The translations under genes and the position numbers were made by a program. From Chiloscyllium plagiosum (Eukaryota): a stretch of 64,000 nucleotides of DNA. The notes under the pieces are model-generated. The model was not told the DNA's origin and searched no databases. It saw nothing but the letters and a program-made list of their open reading frames with translations. Each line of letters opens with the position of its first letter. Position 1 is the first letter of the stretch. This document shows, piece by piece, positions 11,836-25,725 of this stretch. The stretch lies in assembly GCF_004010195.1 (NCBI RefSeq), contig NC_057718.1:75993843-76057842 (forward strand), written 5' to 3'.

Positions 11836-14800
11836 AATAAGGCAGCCATCGTACTCCTTAGAAATGGGTCGAAAATGACAGAACAGCAGAAAGAATTGGA
11901 GATGCCAATAAGGCCATAATGTAGCAGCCTAGGTTATTAAGCCATTCAAGAATGGAGCTCATTACTGAAGGGATAGGACTGGAAAGCTAAGAAAGAGATA
12001 CTATTTGATTAAATCACACTTGGATTACAGATCACACATGTACAGCAGGAATTTATCCTCCAGGTCAGGACTTCAGCATCAGGGTCAATGAAGGGTCACA
12101 ATACTGCACTGTTTGGGAGACCAGACTCCCCAAATTGGTCATCTCTAGTGGTCAGAGGGTGGACTGTTGAATTAGCAACAATGGATGGTGTCTCGAAGCT
12201 GGAGGGCCAATGGGAGACCCTGCAACACTGAAGGAACAGTGGCTTATAGATGAGGTAAGAAGGACCACACCATTTTGAGGCAACCTCTCCAATTCCGTAC
12301 ACTTTTTAATATTAAAAAATGTTTTATCAGCGACATCACCACACAGAGAGGGGGACTGCCTCCACAGAGTTAGCAGCAGTTACAGCTCAAAGATAGCCTG
12401 GACCCACCCAGCCAGTAGTCCTTCAGGCAGTTGATCTCATCCCTTTTGCTTTAGGGGGTTCAGAGGCAATTCTGACAATACACCTCAACTGACTAGTGCA
12501 ACTGGTTACACACCACTTGTGATCAGGCAGCTGTGCTGACCCCATTCTCTCTGCAGGAAAGTGACCAGGTGCACCATAATGCCAGGAAGCCAGCAAATTG
12601 GCCAGTAAACTGAATTTTCACAGAGGGCTGCCACCACAATCACGGTCAACTGGAATCTAAAGACCCTACTCCAGCTGTAACAGTTTTACCTCTGCTCTCT
12701 TATAACCTAAATTTTAGTTTGAAGTGAAAAGTATCCCATATGCCTGTCCTGTGACTTTCTACATACACACATCATAAGGTCGCTCTGCTCCACCACTCCT
12801 GAGTCAGAACCTTAACCTTTAACGTGTATTCACATGTCTCCATTCCATCCTCCCCAAAGTAAATTACCACACACTTTGCCAAACTAAATGTCATTTGCCA
12901 CTTTCCTGCTCACTTGGTCAGTCTATTGAAATTTTCTTGAAGACTGTAGCTATCTTCGTGATCAACCATAATTTTCATCTGGAAGCTTCTTTAACACATA
13001 TACCTCACACTGTGGTATAAATAATTTAGTCTTCGAACAGCAAAGAACCCAATGCTGGATCCTGCAAATTCTCAAATGAAACTGTGGGAACATCCTGAAA
13101 ACATCAAGTGCACAATACAATGAGATTTTTGCTTTACTTCTGAATGATAAAAAAGTCATCACAAGGTGTGAAAATTACTTTGTATACAATTTGAAGTGAG
13201 TGTTTCATGGTACATTCAGTGAAGAATCGTGCATACGCTCAAATTCAGGTTGCAAAAATGCAAAGATTGGAGGTGGGGTATCTTGTAACAGTCAAGTAAC
13301 ATCATTCAGCAGAACAGCCTTAAGATGCAAATACTGCTTCTCACACAAGATTAGTTCACATAGCTGTGATGGACAAGAGACTAGATTCCTTGTTAGTGAG
13401 AGAAGAATAATAAAAAGAATGCGTTGTTACAAAGTTTAAAACTGTTCATTTCAAGAAACCAAATTTGGTATTTTTTTTTTAATCTAATGTTGCTTTTATT
13501 CCTCACACAAGCTGTTTCAATTCCTGCTGAGATCTACACTCAAGAACAATTAGAGATGATGAAACATGTTAAACCTAAAATGTTGCATATAATGTGCGCT
13601 ACCGTTTTTTTTTGCAATCTGTACAGCCTTTTACAAGATAGCTTTAGGCGCAAAGATGCTGTTTTTTTGTAAGACTAGAAACAATATTTCCCAAGGCTAG
13701 ATGGGAGATAGGAAAAGGAATGTACATTTGGGAGCAATTTAATTTGCCCTCCCAAGAAAACAATATGAAAGTAACAACGTTCAGAAGAAAAATAATCAAG
13801 TGCTAACTGTTGGAAAGCGTTGCTCTTTAAGATTACGATGTTCTTAAAATCCAGTGACTAATGTTGAAGAGAATGAAACTTATTCTAATTGCAATTCATT
13901 AAACTATTGAGGATTAAATAAATTTGTACTGAATTTTTATTTGGATTTGTCTTGTCATGATGTGTGTATTCTAACAAGGCCACTTCAAAATAGATTGCAA
14001 CAGCTGAGAGCATGGGTAGATGGTCACATTCAGTACTACTTAAATCAAGCTTGGAAACAGCACCATTCCCGATCATAGGAAATGGATTTTGGTGTTAATC
14101 ACTACAATTTTAATGTTGGCAATTTTTAAGCAAACAAACCTTTCACTATAATCTAGGAGTGATGCACCTGATGACTCCGTAAGGATTAGGAAATTCAAGC
14201 AAATTAGCCTAAACAGGGTACTGCACTGTGCACAAAAAAAGAAAAGTATTGGTCCTAGAAATAAGGACTATTTTGTGATGTTCAGATAATTATGGGAAAT
14301 CCAAATAAGACATGGTGTCACTGAAAAACTCATTTCACTCGACTACAAATGGTCAATAGCCAGCTGCATGAAACGGGACTTCATTATTGTACGGAGTGGA
14401 AAATAGATGTGCCAAATGGGTTCCTGTCCTCATAGGTCATAGTACTTTGTTTGCATCCATTGCTGCTCCACTTGTATATCTCTTGCTAATAATTGTCTCA
14501 TGATGTAATTTTGTCTTTTAAAGGTGGTAAGTCTAACAGGGGAGGTGTAAACACCAAAACAAGACATCGTTCATGCCTCATTAGTCCAATGTTTACTGTG
14601 ATTTTTTTCATAGCTTAAGAATAATCGTCAAAAAGAGTGCTTTTGCATCAAAAGAACACACCCCAGAGACACACAAGAGACTCACTCTCATTCAGTTGGT
14701 AGAATAGGAAGAAATCAGATTGTCATTAAGAATATTCTATATGGAGCTGCAAACAGGTGGTTTTAAACAGTCAAACTAGTAATAAATATATTAGATGCAC

Positions 14801-16119
14801 GTGGATTTTTTTTGTAATGCCTTGTGCTTTTTTGCTTCAATGTTATATGTAAATATATCAAACAATGTGTTTAGCCTCTACACAGAGGATTGTCAGAGCA
14901 TGTAATGTAATTGCCACGTTGCATTAGTTTTCAATGTCCAGGCTTTTCCACCTATGCCCAGCAAAATGCTGTAAATCTGAAATAAAGTCAGAAGAAAAAA
15001 TCTGGAAATAACCAAAGAATTTTATTCCGCTTAAAGTATTCTTTTGGCTTCAGGAAATAGTAATCCTAATCCACATATGAGAAAGATTTTGGGGATGCCT
15101 GAACTGTTATCTCACAGAAATTCACAAAATGATTTACTCAAAATATTGTGTGTTGTCAACACTATAAAATCAACAGTGGGCAGCTTTCTAAAAAAGAAAA
15201 ACAAGTGTTATGCTCAGTGACATGTGAAATCCCAAGCGTGTGGGAGATATTTTAATGCAGTGATGTCACTTCTGAATTACCTTGGGTCTCCGTGGGCAGT
15301 AAACAACTTATATTCCATGACATAAAACATTTTACCAAATAGGTAAGATGTGGACATTAAGTTTCCCAGGCAATTTAAAACAACACCGAAAACCAAAGTT
15401 AGAAGCTGTCTCCAGCAGACAGCAAAAGTACCTATATTGAAATTTTCTATAACTGATTAAATCTGCAAGAGGAAGACATCAACTGATGAATCAAGAAAAC
15501 AATGTAGAACTGACCCAGCCCATAACAGTCATTTTCAACAGATGTAAACCAACAGGCAAACAGATTTTCTCCCCATTCTAAGGTAAACATTGTTAACTTT
15601 CACATGACGACACACACTTTATGGAGATATATTTCAAATAATTAAATATTTTCCTCAGAATTAATTTCAAATGGATTCTCATCGATAAACAAATAATCTT
15701 AAACCACGCACTCGACAACAATATTCTAACTTGTCCTCATTGCCTACACCCGCACTGGAATGAAAACCCAAAAGGAATAGAATTCATTAGTGAAATTATC
15801 CTTCCACATGTCCATCAATTAAATTTACTTCAAAGTTTTCTTTCTTAGCACAACCACAGACATAATAAATAAGACTAGCTTTTGTGGCAGTCATTAATTC
15901 AGTTTGAATTCGCCAAGTAAAAGCTTCCTTTTATATAGTATCTTTCACATCCAGAGGCCATCACAAAAATGTCTTTGGCCAAGGAATTAATGTTGCTGTG
16001 TAGAAAAACAGCAGTTTTAAACTGAAATGAAATGAATAGCTGGGCAAATCAGTTTTTGGAAGTTAAAAATAAATAGTTAATCCACTGGGAAATAGTACCA
16101 TGGAAGCTTTAATGCTTAT

Positions 16120-17660
16120 ATAAACAGAAAATAAGTGCACGAGGCCATTTGGCCCTTTTGGCCTGCACCTTCAAATCAAAAAAATTATGGCTGATCATGT
16201 AATCTCAGTATCCCATTCCCACTCTCTCCCCATACCTCTAGATCACTTTAGTTGCAAGTGCCACGTCCAGCTCCCTCTTAGAACAAAGAGGGATACAAAA
16301 CACAGGAGTAGGCAGTTTGACCTGTCAAGCCTGCACCGCCACATTTTGCCCTGTCTTCACTTACAGGATCCGTATCCCTCTATTCCCTTCCTTTTCAAGT
16401 ATTCATCCAACTCCTTCTGGAATGTTGCTATTATATCTGCTTCCACCACCACCTCTGGCAATGCGTTCCAGGCACTCACCACCCTGTGTGTCAAAAACTT
16501 GCCTCGCACAGCTCTTTTAAACTTCCCCCACTCATACCTTGAACCGGTCTCCTAGTAATTGACCCGTCCACCCTGGGAAAAAAAAGTCTCCACTCCATCC
16601 CTGCCATTCACAATCTTATGAATTCTATTAGGTCACCCCTCAACTTCCTGCGTTCCAGTGAAAACAAACTCAGTCTATCCAAGCTCTATTTATAACTAAA
16701 ATCACACCAGGCAACATCCTAATAAACTTATTCTGTACTCTATCGAAATCATCCACATCCTTTTAGTAGTATGGTGATCAGAACTATGTGCAATATTCCA
16801 AGTGTAGCCTACTAAAGTTCTATAAAGCTGCAGCATAACTTGTCTCTCCTTACACTCAATGCCCCTTCCAATGAAGGCAGGCATGCCATAAGCCTTTTTT
16901 ACTACCTTATTTACCTATGCTGCCACCTTCAGGGATCTGTGGGCCTACACACCCAGATCCCTCTGCATATCAATACTCTTTAGGGTTCTGCCATTCACAA
17001 ATATATCTAATGAACTTGCTCCAACAGCTTCCTGCAGGAGAGGATTCCACAGGTTCACAACTCTTGAGTGAAACAATTCTCTCTCACCACAGCCCTGAAT
17101 GGCCTACCCCTTATTCTTAGATTGTGATCCCTAGTTCTGGACATCCTCATTGGGAAAATTGTTTGCGCATCTAGCTTGTCCAGTACCATCAGGATTTTAT
17201 ATATGTTTCTATGAGGTCCCCTCTTATTCTTTTAAATTTCAGCCAACACAAGCCCAGTCAATCCAGTCTTTCCTCATATGTCAGCACAGCCATCCCGGGA
17301 ATCAGTCTGGTGAACCTTTGCTGGACTCCCCCAGTAGCAAGAACATGCTTCCTCAGACTAGGAAACCAAAACTGCACACAGTACTCAAGGTGTGACCTCA
17401 CCAAGGCCCTGTATAACTGCAGTAAGACATTCCTACTCCTAACCTCAAATCCTCTCACTATGAAAGCCAGCATGCTGTTGCTTTTCTCACTGCCTGCTGC
17501 AACTGCATGACAGCCTTCAGCATGACATCCAGGTCTCGTTGCAGCTCACCTTCTCCTAAACTGCCACCATTCAAGTAATCGGCTTTCCTGCTTCTGCAAC
17601 CAAAGTAGGATAACCTCACATTTGCCCACATTATATTTTATTTGCCAAGTGTTTATCTAA
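16120..17660 (-). mobile_element. Two nested CR1 3' fragments (inner copy about 16281-16997)
   Basis: ORFs 16702-16884 and 17258-17473 (LQLYRALVRSHLEYCVQFW...VQQRFTRLIPG). The outer phrase CAGCTCCCTCTT...AAATATATCTAATGAAC is split by the inner copy. Confidence 0.82.
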
Positions 17661-18769
17661 GAGCATCAGAATGATAGTATCTCCAGTATTCCCCAGTGTT
17701 GCTAGCCTAAATCTCCGGCTCAAATCCCAGAATGAAATATGAAGCCACTGGCATTCTAACATTAAAAGACTGAATATACAATCTGGGAAATATGTTATTT
17801 CCATCAATATTCCAGATTACAGGGGATGCAGAAAGGATGTTGGCTAGGTTGGAAGATTTATAAAAATGTTTTCAATATTGGTAAAAAGGTAAATCATGGC
17901 TAATAAGAGGGATGCCTCTTCTTGATGTGGCAATGCTCATGTCTTCTCCCACAAAATAAGAAACTGGGCATTAATATCATGATATTTGAAGAATCCAACT
18001 TACATTCATTACAGCTCATTATGTACAAACATTACAATGATAGCCAACAATTGTTAGAGATTTTCACGTATTCTAATATTGAAAATGACAATATGTATAG
18101 AAGGCACAGAATTCCTCAAGGGATTTTATGGAAACCTTTACAGCAAGTGCTTAACAAGCATAGTAAAATGAACAGCAATTCTGGGCTTAGTTCAGTTTAA
18201 TGTAGGAATATCTGTGGAAGAACCTGTTTTAAATAGCAATCATAACTACATTAAACATAACTAAATTATGGAAAAAGGACAAAGTAAGACCAGAAATAAG
18301 AAACTGAAGAACACCTAACATTATTAAACCAAGGTGCAATTTCACAGAAGTAGGAAGGAAAGAACTACTTTGGAGGTAAAATAGCCAGAGGGGATTTTCA
18401 AGGTTGTCAGAGCAGGTTTAGAACAAATGTGTTCCCATTTAATTCCAGTTAATTTTGGATCCAAATTCCACAAGATGTTTTTATGATTAGAAGGCAACTC
18501 GAGTAAAATTCTGCAGGCTTAGAAATAGGTCCTTTGCTTTTTCGACTTAAATGTAGTGAGATATTTGCATATCCTACCAATATTGGCTATGCATTGAGAA
18601 GGATGAAATAAAGCTGAAGATCTCAACTGACTGGATAAATGAGTGGTAACTGGTAAACAGATCAGTGCAGAGAAACATGAGGTAGGACATTTCAGGCTGG
18701 ATAACGAGAGCAGGAGATGTATTGCACATGGTAAGGTAATGAGAGCGAGAGCAAGAGCAAGAACCTGAA

Positions 18770-20410
18770 GCAGAGTCATTTGGCATGGAAACAGACCCTT
18801 CAGTCCAACTCATCCATGCCAACTAAGTTTCCCAAACTAAACTAGTCCCACTTGCCTGCATTTGGTCCATATCCCTCTAAACCTTTCCTATTCATGTACA
18901 TATCCAGATGTTTTTTCAATGATTTTATGTATCTGCATCCACCACTTCTTCTGACAATTCATTCCACATACAAACCATCTGTGTGAGAAAGATGTTTCTC
19001 AAGTCTCTTAAATCTCCCTCCTCGAACCTTAAAAAATCACCCTTAGTTTTGAACTCCCTCACCATAGGGAAAAGGCATTTGCTATTCACCTTATCCACGC
19101 CCATCATGATTTTATAAACCTCAATAAGTCACCCCTCATCCTCCTACGCTCCAGTGAAAAAGGTCCCCGCCTATCCAGCCTCACCTTATAAGCAAATCCT
19201 CCAGTCCCAGCAACAGCATTGTAAATCTTTTCTGAACTCTTTATAATTTATTACCCAGAACTGTACAAAGTACTTCAAAATGGCCTCACTAGTGTCTTGT
19301 ACAACCTCAATATGACATCCCAACTTCGACACTGAACAGTCTGTGCAATGAAGGTAAGCCTGCTGGACACCTTAAACACCATATCAACCTGCGACACAAC
19401 TTTCAAAGAACTATGTACTTGAATCCTGGAGGTGTCTCAGGGACCTATCATTAATTGTATAAGCCCTGCCTTTGTTTGTTTTACCAAAATGCAATACTTT
19501 ACATTTATCCAAATTAAAGTCCATCTGCCTCTCCTCAGCCTGTTGACCCAATTGATCAAGATCCCTTTGTAATCTTCCTTCACTGTCAACTACACCACCA
19601 ATTTTGATGTTATCCACAAACTCACTAACCATTCTTCCTAAATTCTCATAATTGACAAACATAAGTGGACCCAGCATCGAACCCAACAGATCACCACTGG
19701 TCACAGGCGTCCAGTTTGAAAAATAACCCTCCACCATCCTCTGTCCCCTACTGTCAAGCCAATTTTGCATCCAATCAACAAGTTCTCCCTGAATCCATGT
19801 GATCTAACTTTACTAATCAGTCTACGATGTAGAACCTTGTCAAAGGTTTTAGTAAAGTCAGATTGACCATGTCTACCACTCTGCCCTCAATCGTTTTGAG
19901 TACTTCCTCAAAAAAACTCAAGCGCGTGAGACACAATTTCCCACACACATGTCCACAGGTCACTGATGGTAAAGGTGTCATAACAAATACTTATATTTAT
20001 TTTAGAGTCAGAATCATAGAGCATGGAATCAGACCCTTTGGTCCAACTCATCCATGCTGACCAGACTCCCCAATATAATCTAGTTTCATATGCCTATAAA
20101 CTTTTCTATTCATATACATTTTAAACGTAATTGTACACCCTCCACCATTTCCTTTGGCAGCTCATCCCATACACGGCCACCCTCTGCATAAAAAAAATTA
20201 CCCCTCAGATCCTTTTTATATCTTTCTCCTCTCACCTTAAACCCATGCCCTCTAGTTTTGGATTGCCCTACCCTGGGTAAAAGACCTTGGCTATTCACCC
20301 TATCCATGCCCCTCATGATTTATAAACCTCTATAACGTAACCCCTCAAACTCCGACACTCCAGCTCATAAGCCTCAGTCTATTCCACCTCTCCCTATAAC
20401 TCAAACCTAG
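18770..20410 (-). mobile_element. Two CR1/HER1 3' fragments (18770-19950, 20000-20410) inside an older plus-strand CR1 relic (about 18600-20745)
   Basis: ORFs 19411-19770 (NWTPVTSG...LGPLMF...LQRDLDQLGQ...KCKVLHFG) and 20110-20316 (TRGHGFKVRG); plus-strand CR1-like phrases lie on both sides. Confidence 0.82.
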
Positions 20411-20992
20411 CCAATGTTTTTGACTCAATGCCAGGGAATAGAAAGCAGGAAGGTGACATTAGAGTTGTAACATTCTTTAGGTTGTGGTTAGATTTCTGGT
20501 CACCATATTAAAGAAAGCATTTGATCACATTGCATAGTGTGCAGAGGTAACTTAAAAGGACATTGCTCACAATGGAGAATTTCAGCTCGGAGGAAAACTT
20601 GCATGGAATAGGTTGTTTTCGTTGAAGCATGTGAATTTGATTAAGATGTACAAAATTGTGTGGCTCCTTGACAGAGTGAATCGGAGGGAACTAAACCCCT
20701 CAACAGAAAATCAAATGATCAGATTTAAAGTCATTGACAGGATGGCCCCAAGGAATGATGCCAACAGCTACTTCCAGCACCTAACAGGAAAATTACCTAG
20801 ACTGGAAGCACCATGTGGGTTGATCTTGTAACTTGCCAATGTCACTCAATGTTTTGCACATTGCACATGCAATAATCCATCGTGGACGCAAATCAGCGTG
20901 AACTTGCCATTTCTTTTCATATTCTCAGGATGTCCCAAAACAGAACAATTCATAGATAGCCAATGTAAATAACATTTGAGTATCATGCTCAC

Positions 20993-21109
20993 CTTGTTTC
21001 TTTGATTCAAAGGTTCAATTGTTAAGGAGTCAACACCAATGTCAATAATGGAACCCAGCTGGAACCCATCCAGGGGATGTGGAGCCCACACAGGCTTCCC
21101 GTCGTCCAT
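20993..21109 (-). CDS. MYO6: Myosin VI, first coding exon (39 codons, [39 protein letters not shown])
   Basis: Peptide matches the vertebrate myosin VI N-terminus (human [39 protein letters not shown]). The 117-nt coding part ends at a phase-0 donor AAG|GTGAGC. ATG is in a strong Kozak context (AACATGG) with an in-frame upstream TAG. Confidence 0.97.
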
Positions 21110-21138
21110 GTTCACTTTTCTTAACTAACCACGATTCC
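21110..21138 (-). other. MYO6: 5'UTR part of the MYO6 first coding exon (splice acceptor at 21140-21139)
   Basis: Minus strand reads TTGTGTTTTGTTTTCTTAAACTAG|GGAATCGTGG: a T-rich tract plus AG, 29 nt before the ATG. This implies an upstream non-coding exon. Confidence 0.75.
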
Positions 21139-22429
21139 CTAGTTTAAGAAAACAAAACACAAGCAAATAAGTTTATGCTTTTTATAAACATAGTGCATCT
21201 GGCAACTAAAAATGGTGTCCCATCAAGTGTGATTAGTTTAGAATGGTGTCATGGTCAGCATGGTGGGCTAAATTGCCTGTTCCTGTGCTGTAAGTCTTAC
21301 TGTAGCACATTTTAAGCATACAGTGATACCTCTGAGTTCCTTGCACCTGAGCTGGAAGGATACAGTGAGAGGACTGAAGGAAAGAGGAAATAACATCATG
21401 GAGAAGCACCTCCATAAGCACTTTGAAAAGGCGGCGACAAGGTGGCTTTAACCAAAGTTGATCGAAAACTTTTGGCGTGGGGTGGTGGTAGGACAGGGAG
21501 TTGGTGTTGGGGTGCTGCACAGGTGAAGTTATGTCACAATTTAAAGAATGAATGAATGTTTCAACATAATATTTTTCCAATTCAATAGCTTTTCTCTTCA
21601 AAATCATTTAGGAGTTAAACAAATGAAGCAGTTATATAAGTGAAGTAACCTTTTTACTCTCAATGATCAGCTAACACCAAGTTGTTATTTCTAAATCATG
21701 GGAACAAGTAAATAATTTTAAAAGTTAAACAGATTACTTTGATAAGCTGAGAAACATGGTTCCAACAAAATATGTTTGAGACAAAAATGCAGGTGAATTA
21801 AAAATAGTGGTGATTTAATAGCTATGGACATTTCCCACACCAATTTATTGACTAAATTACAATTATAATTTGGGAAAATGCAGCAAGTATTAAGCAATAT
21901 GGGACACAGTTGTGTACATAGAATTTGCTCACAGATCAACAATGAACTCACTGAATGTGGCAGAGGAAGTCTTTTAGAAATCAATGTTATTATTATTAAA
22001 TTACTGTATGAAATGACTATTTACCATTAAATCATTATTTTTAAAATGTTAAATTAGTCAATTTTAATTATTGCATGTTAATGATATTGATTGGCACAAC
22101 AAGATGTCATAAGACAAAAAAATTATCTTGATGTATAGGGTGAACGATCGGACTGAATAGATTTCTGTTGTCCCAGCTTGAAATGACATACAAGAGGCAT
22201 TGTAAAGAAGAAAGGGTTGAAGATGGGGTAAGTAGTTGGCAGGGACAGGGAGGTCAAGAGGCGATTGTCAAAGAGAAGGATAATGGTGACAGATTTAAAA
22301 GGAGAGTATTTGTATCAGTCCCAAGGTGTACAAGACAAAAAGGTTTCTGCAATATAGGCCTCTGTTTCCAGCAATGTTGAAGTCCTGAATTACAAAACAA
22401 TTGTTTCCTACCCATCCTAATATGATAAA

Positions 22430-23005
22430 ATTGATTCCTTCATCCAAGTCAACCCTGTAGATAATAAATAGTTTAGACCCACAGATCCCTACAGCATTCC
22501 ATTAGTCTCAGTTTGCCAACCTTAAAATGACCCATTTGTCCAAACTGCTTCCTATTAGCTAACCAGCCCTCAGTCCATGTTAATATCATTCCAAGCACCA
22601 TATATGTGTCATAATCTCATATGTCACATTTAAAAGGTGGTCTTTGGAAATCTAAGTGTACTATAACTACCAATTCCCATTTATTCACATCTTCATTACA
22701 TCCTCAAAAATATTAATAAATTTAACAAACACAAGTCCCCTTTCACAAAGCTATATTGACTCTGACAAAACGATTATGATTTTCTAAATGTTCTATTACT
22801 CTCCCTTAAATAATGGATTCTAGCATTTTTCAAATGACAGATGTCAGGCAAACAGGCTCCTAGTCTCGTGCTTTTTTATTGCTCTCTCTTCTTAAACAAA
22901 AAGTGTTAAATATTCAGTTTTCCAACCTCCCAGAACCTGGGAACATTTGGAAGATTACAACTAACACATCCAATCTCTGTGCAGCCACTTTGTTCTTTTT
23001 TCAAC
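22430..23005 (-). mobile_element. Old CR1 RT fragment
   Basis: GTTTGCCAACCTTAAAATGACCCATT and CCCTTTCACAAAGCTATATTGACTC resemble the CR1 copies at 1070-1630 and 51100-51330. Confidence 0.65.
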
Positions 23006-23764
23006 TAGAGCCTGGGACACCCTATGGTACTGGAGTTTTTGTGCTCCGGAGGGGCTTTTGAATCTGGATCCTTCTGACTCAGAGGCAAAAGATGCAACCA
23101 ACTTATCATAGCCACAGAGCAGAACAGTTCATAAGGCTTAATTTCTAAACAGGACCTGTGGCAATGAAATTGTAGAGTTTAAAAAAATAAGAGCCAGATT
23201 GTCCACTGCCAGACAGTCATTATTTCAGCTCAGATAGAAGCTGTACAATGGAAACCCTGTGTGAATTCTCAACGTTGAAGGAATTGCCTGTGCAGTTTAA
23301 TTTTTTTTGCTGGACAATTCCAGTTTAAAATCGGAGACTTGGCAGGGTTCCAACAAACTAAATTACTCAGGAAAAGTTAAATGGTTGAACACATAGCCTA
23401 ATTCCGGAGTTAGTATTAAACTGACCACATACTTGCCTCTTTCTGCCAACTACACCACCATGGACATCATCCATCCACCGATCAGACCCTGCCCCAATCT
23501 CCCTCTCCTCCCACCAAGATAGTGACTTCGGCACTTGCTGAAACTGGCCTTTCCATCAGTAATGCTGCGATTCTCATGGAGCAGATTAATTGGGATTTTG
23601 CCCAATTTTCTACAATAGATTTGTCAGTCTTTTTACTTCAACTGTAAACATATTATTCAGCTGTGACAAGTTCATTAAAATTATATTCATGACACTACTT
23701 CAGTGCAAGGTCTTTGCATAATTGGGATGCAACATGCATGCCAATTGAGAAATAAAGGATAGAA

Positions 23765-23935
23765 ACAGCTTGCCTTTACAGAGCATCTTTCACGATCTCA
23801 GGGAAATTCCAATGTGCTCCACAACCAAGTGTATTTACAGTCATAACGAAATAACTCTTTAGCCATTTTGTATACAGCAAAGTTCCACAAAACATAATGA
23901 CCAAATAACAAAAAATACAAATCATCTTATGAGCT
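23765..23935 (-). mobile_element. DeuSINE (SacSINE1-like) 3' end relic
   Basis: AGCCATTTTGTATACAGCAAAGTTCCACAAAACATAATGACCA matches the tail shared with 33855-34306 and 54197-54455. Confidence 0.55.
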
Positions 23936-25479
23936 ATTTTCCTACACGTTCCTTCAGTAAGTCCTAAAAATGGCATTCAACAGAGCGCAGGTCTCACAAT
24001 TAACTGGGAGACAAAGATTAGTCAGGACAGATGTAGAGCTCATTAGTAATATGGAATTTTGTAATTCACTTGGGGCCTTGGACCTCTCATGTGAAAGGCA
24101 ATGCTTGCAATGCAATCTTGCAAACAAATAACTTGTACTGAAGTGAAACTCAAACCCATGAATTTTCGACAAGACATAAAACTGCCATTCAGCCACATCT
24201 GACACCAGCAAATGAACTTACTATGCTACACATCGATGATGTTCACTGGATTGAGAATTACTGTGTGCCGGCAGATGTATTGTTTGTATATTTCAACATG
24301 TTTTTTAACTTTGTAATTTCACTCTTGCCATGCCAGGGGGATTTCAATTTAGTTCTCGCCCTGCAAACTGAATAATTCCAGTCACTAAAGGACCACCTTT
24401 AGTTTCTATCTTCTAAAAAGCAAGCAACTTAACTAAAAGTGGCTTTGGCTCTGAACAGTGAACAAAGATTCACTTTGATGATCCTTAAATAGTGAAGTGC
24501 CCACGTTGAGCAGAAAGATTAGTCATTCTGCTAGTGTAAAGATTTTTTTGACAAAGCAAACTCTTTACCTGGTTCATTTAGTTAACTTGTGCATTAACCC
24601 TTTATTCTTCAATAATGAATTTTCTTTAAAAGTTCTTTTATTCATCAAAAGTGAAGCCCTACAAACTGCATTAAACACCAGTTTTATTTTACTTTTAATA
24701 CCAATGGAAGAGTTAGGTGAGTACATGATTTGGCCCTTCTTTGTTGATAATCTACATGAATGCAGTGAAAACACAATATTAAATCAAACCCACTGTTTCA
24801 GTAGGTTTCCAAAATGTACTGACACCAACAATGGCTGGCTCTGTCACTGTGATCTTGTGGCTAAAACATATGGTTACTGCATACACCAGTAATAGAAAAC
24901 CTCTGCATTGTGGACTTGATGCAATTAATTTACAAAAATGGATTTACAGTTTTCAAGTTTTGCCTGGTACATTAAATATAGCTTAAATTGCAGTGCAAAA
25001 AAAAAAAATGATTTGGAAACAGCCCACCAAGGACCAGGCACCGCAAGTTTGCAGTTTGCTATTAAAATTAACCTGAATTAGACTAGCCACATTCAAGAAA
25101 TACGAAAATTTGGAATTGCTCAAAAGATTGCAAGTCAAAAGGCCACATCTACATTCAAGTTTATAACTGAGAGTGTAGAAGCATAATAGTTACATTACTG
25201 GACAAGCAATCAAAAACCTAAATGAAAGAAAATGCACAGAATGCAAGTTCAAATCCCATAATGGCAGCTTGAGAATGAACGGTTTAAGTTGGAACTAAAA
25301 AGGCTGCTACCAGTAAAAGTAATAATTCAACTGAGAACTTGTCATGGATACTCAAGTGGTTCAACAATGTCTTTGAGAACTAAAGTTGCAGTCTAGATCT
25401 CCAGTCTTACATTGATGTTTTTGACTCATTGCTGCTCTCAAAGTAGGTTTTCAAGCCACTCAATTCTATGAAACCTAGG

Positions 25480-25725
25480 AAGACAGCATTAGATACATGG
25501 AAATATCATGACCTCCAGGCTCCCCTCCAAATCACACTTCACCTTGACTTGCAACGAGACCACCATTCCCTTCAGCATCACTGGATCAAAGTTCTGGCAA
25601 TCCTAACCCAACAGTACTGTGGTATTATTTTTGCAACACATGGACTATCGCAGTTCAGAAAGTCGGCTTATTAATTACTTTTCAAGGATATGTAGGAATA
25701 GGCAATGAATACTGACCTTGCTGCC
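25480..25725 (+). mobile_element. 3' end of a second-lineage CR1-group LINE
   Basis: CCTTCAGCATCACTGGATCAAAGTTCTGG...CATGGACTATCGCAGTTCAG is the reverse-complement homologue of 57500-57740 and 61290-61450. Confidence 0.6.

Noticed and set aside
12045-12690. GC-richer segment, possibly an exon or decayed transposon
   Set aside because: No recognisable peptide, convincing splice pair or clear termini, so it cannot be assigned.
20846-21115. 89-aa ORF as a complete protein with a GTG start
   Set aside because: Myosin VI similarity starts at ATG 21109 and stops at the GT donor at 20992; the remainder is intron read-through.
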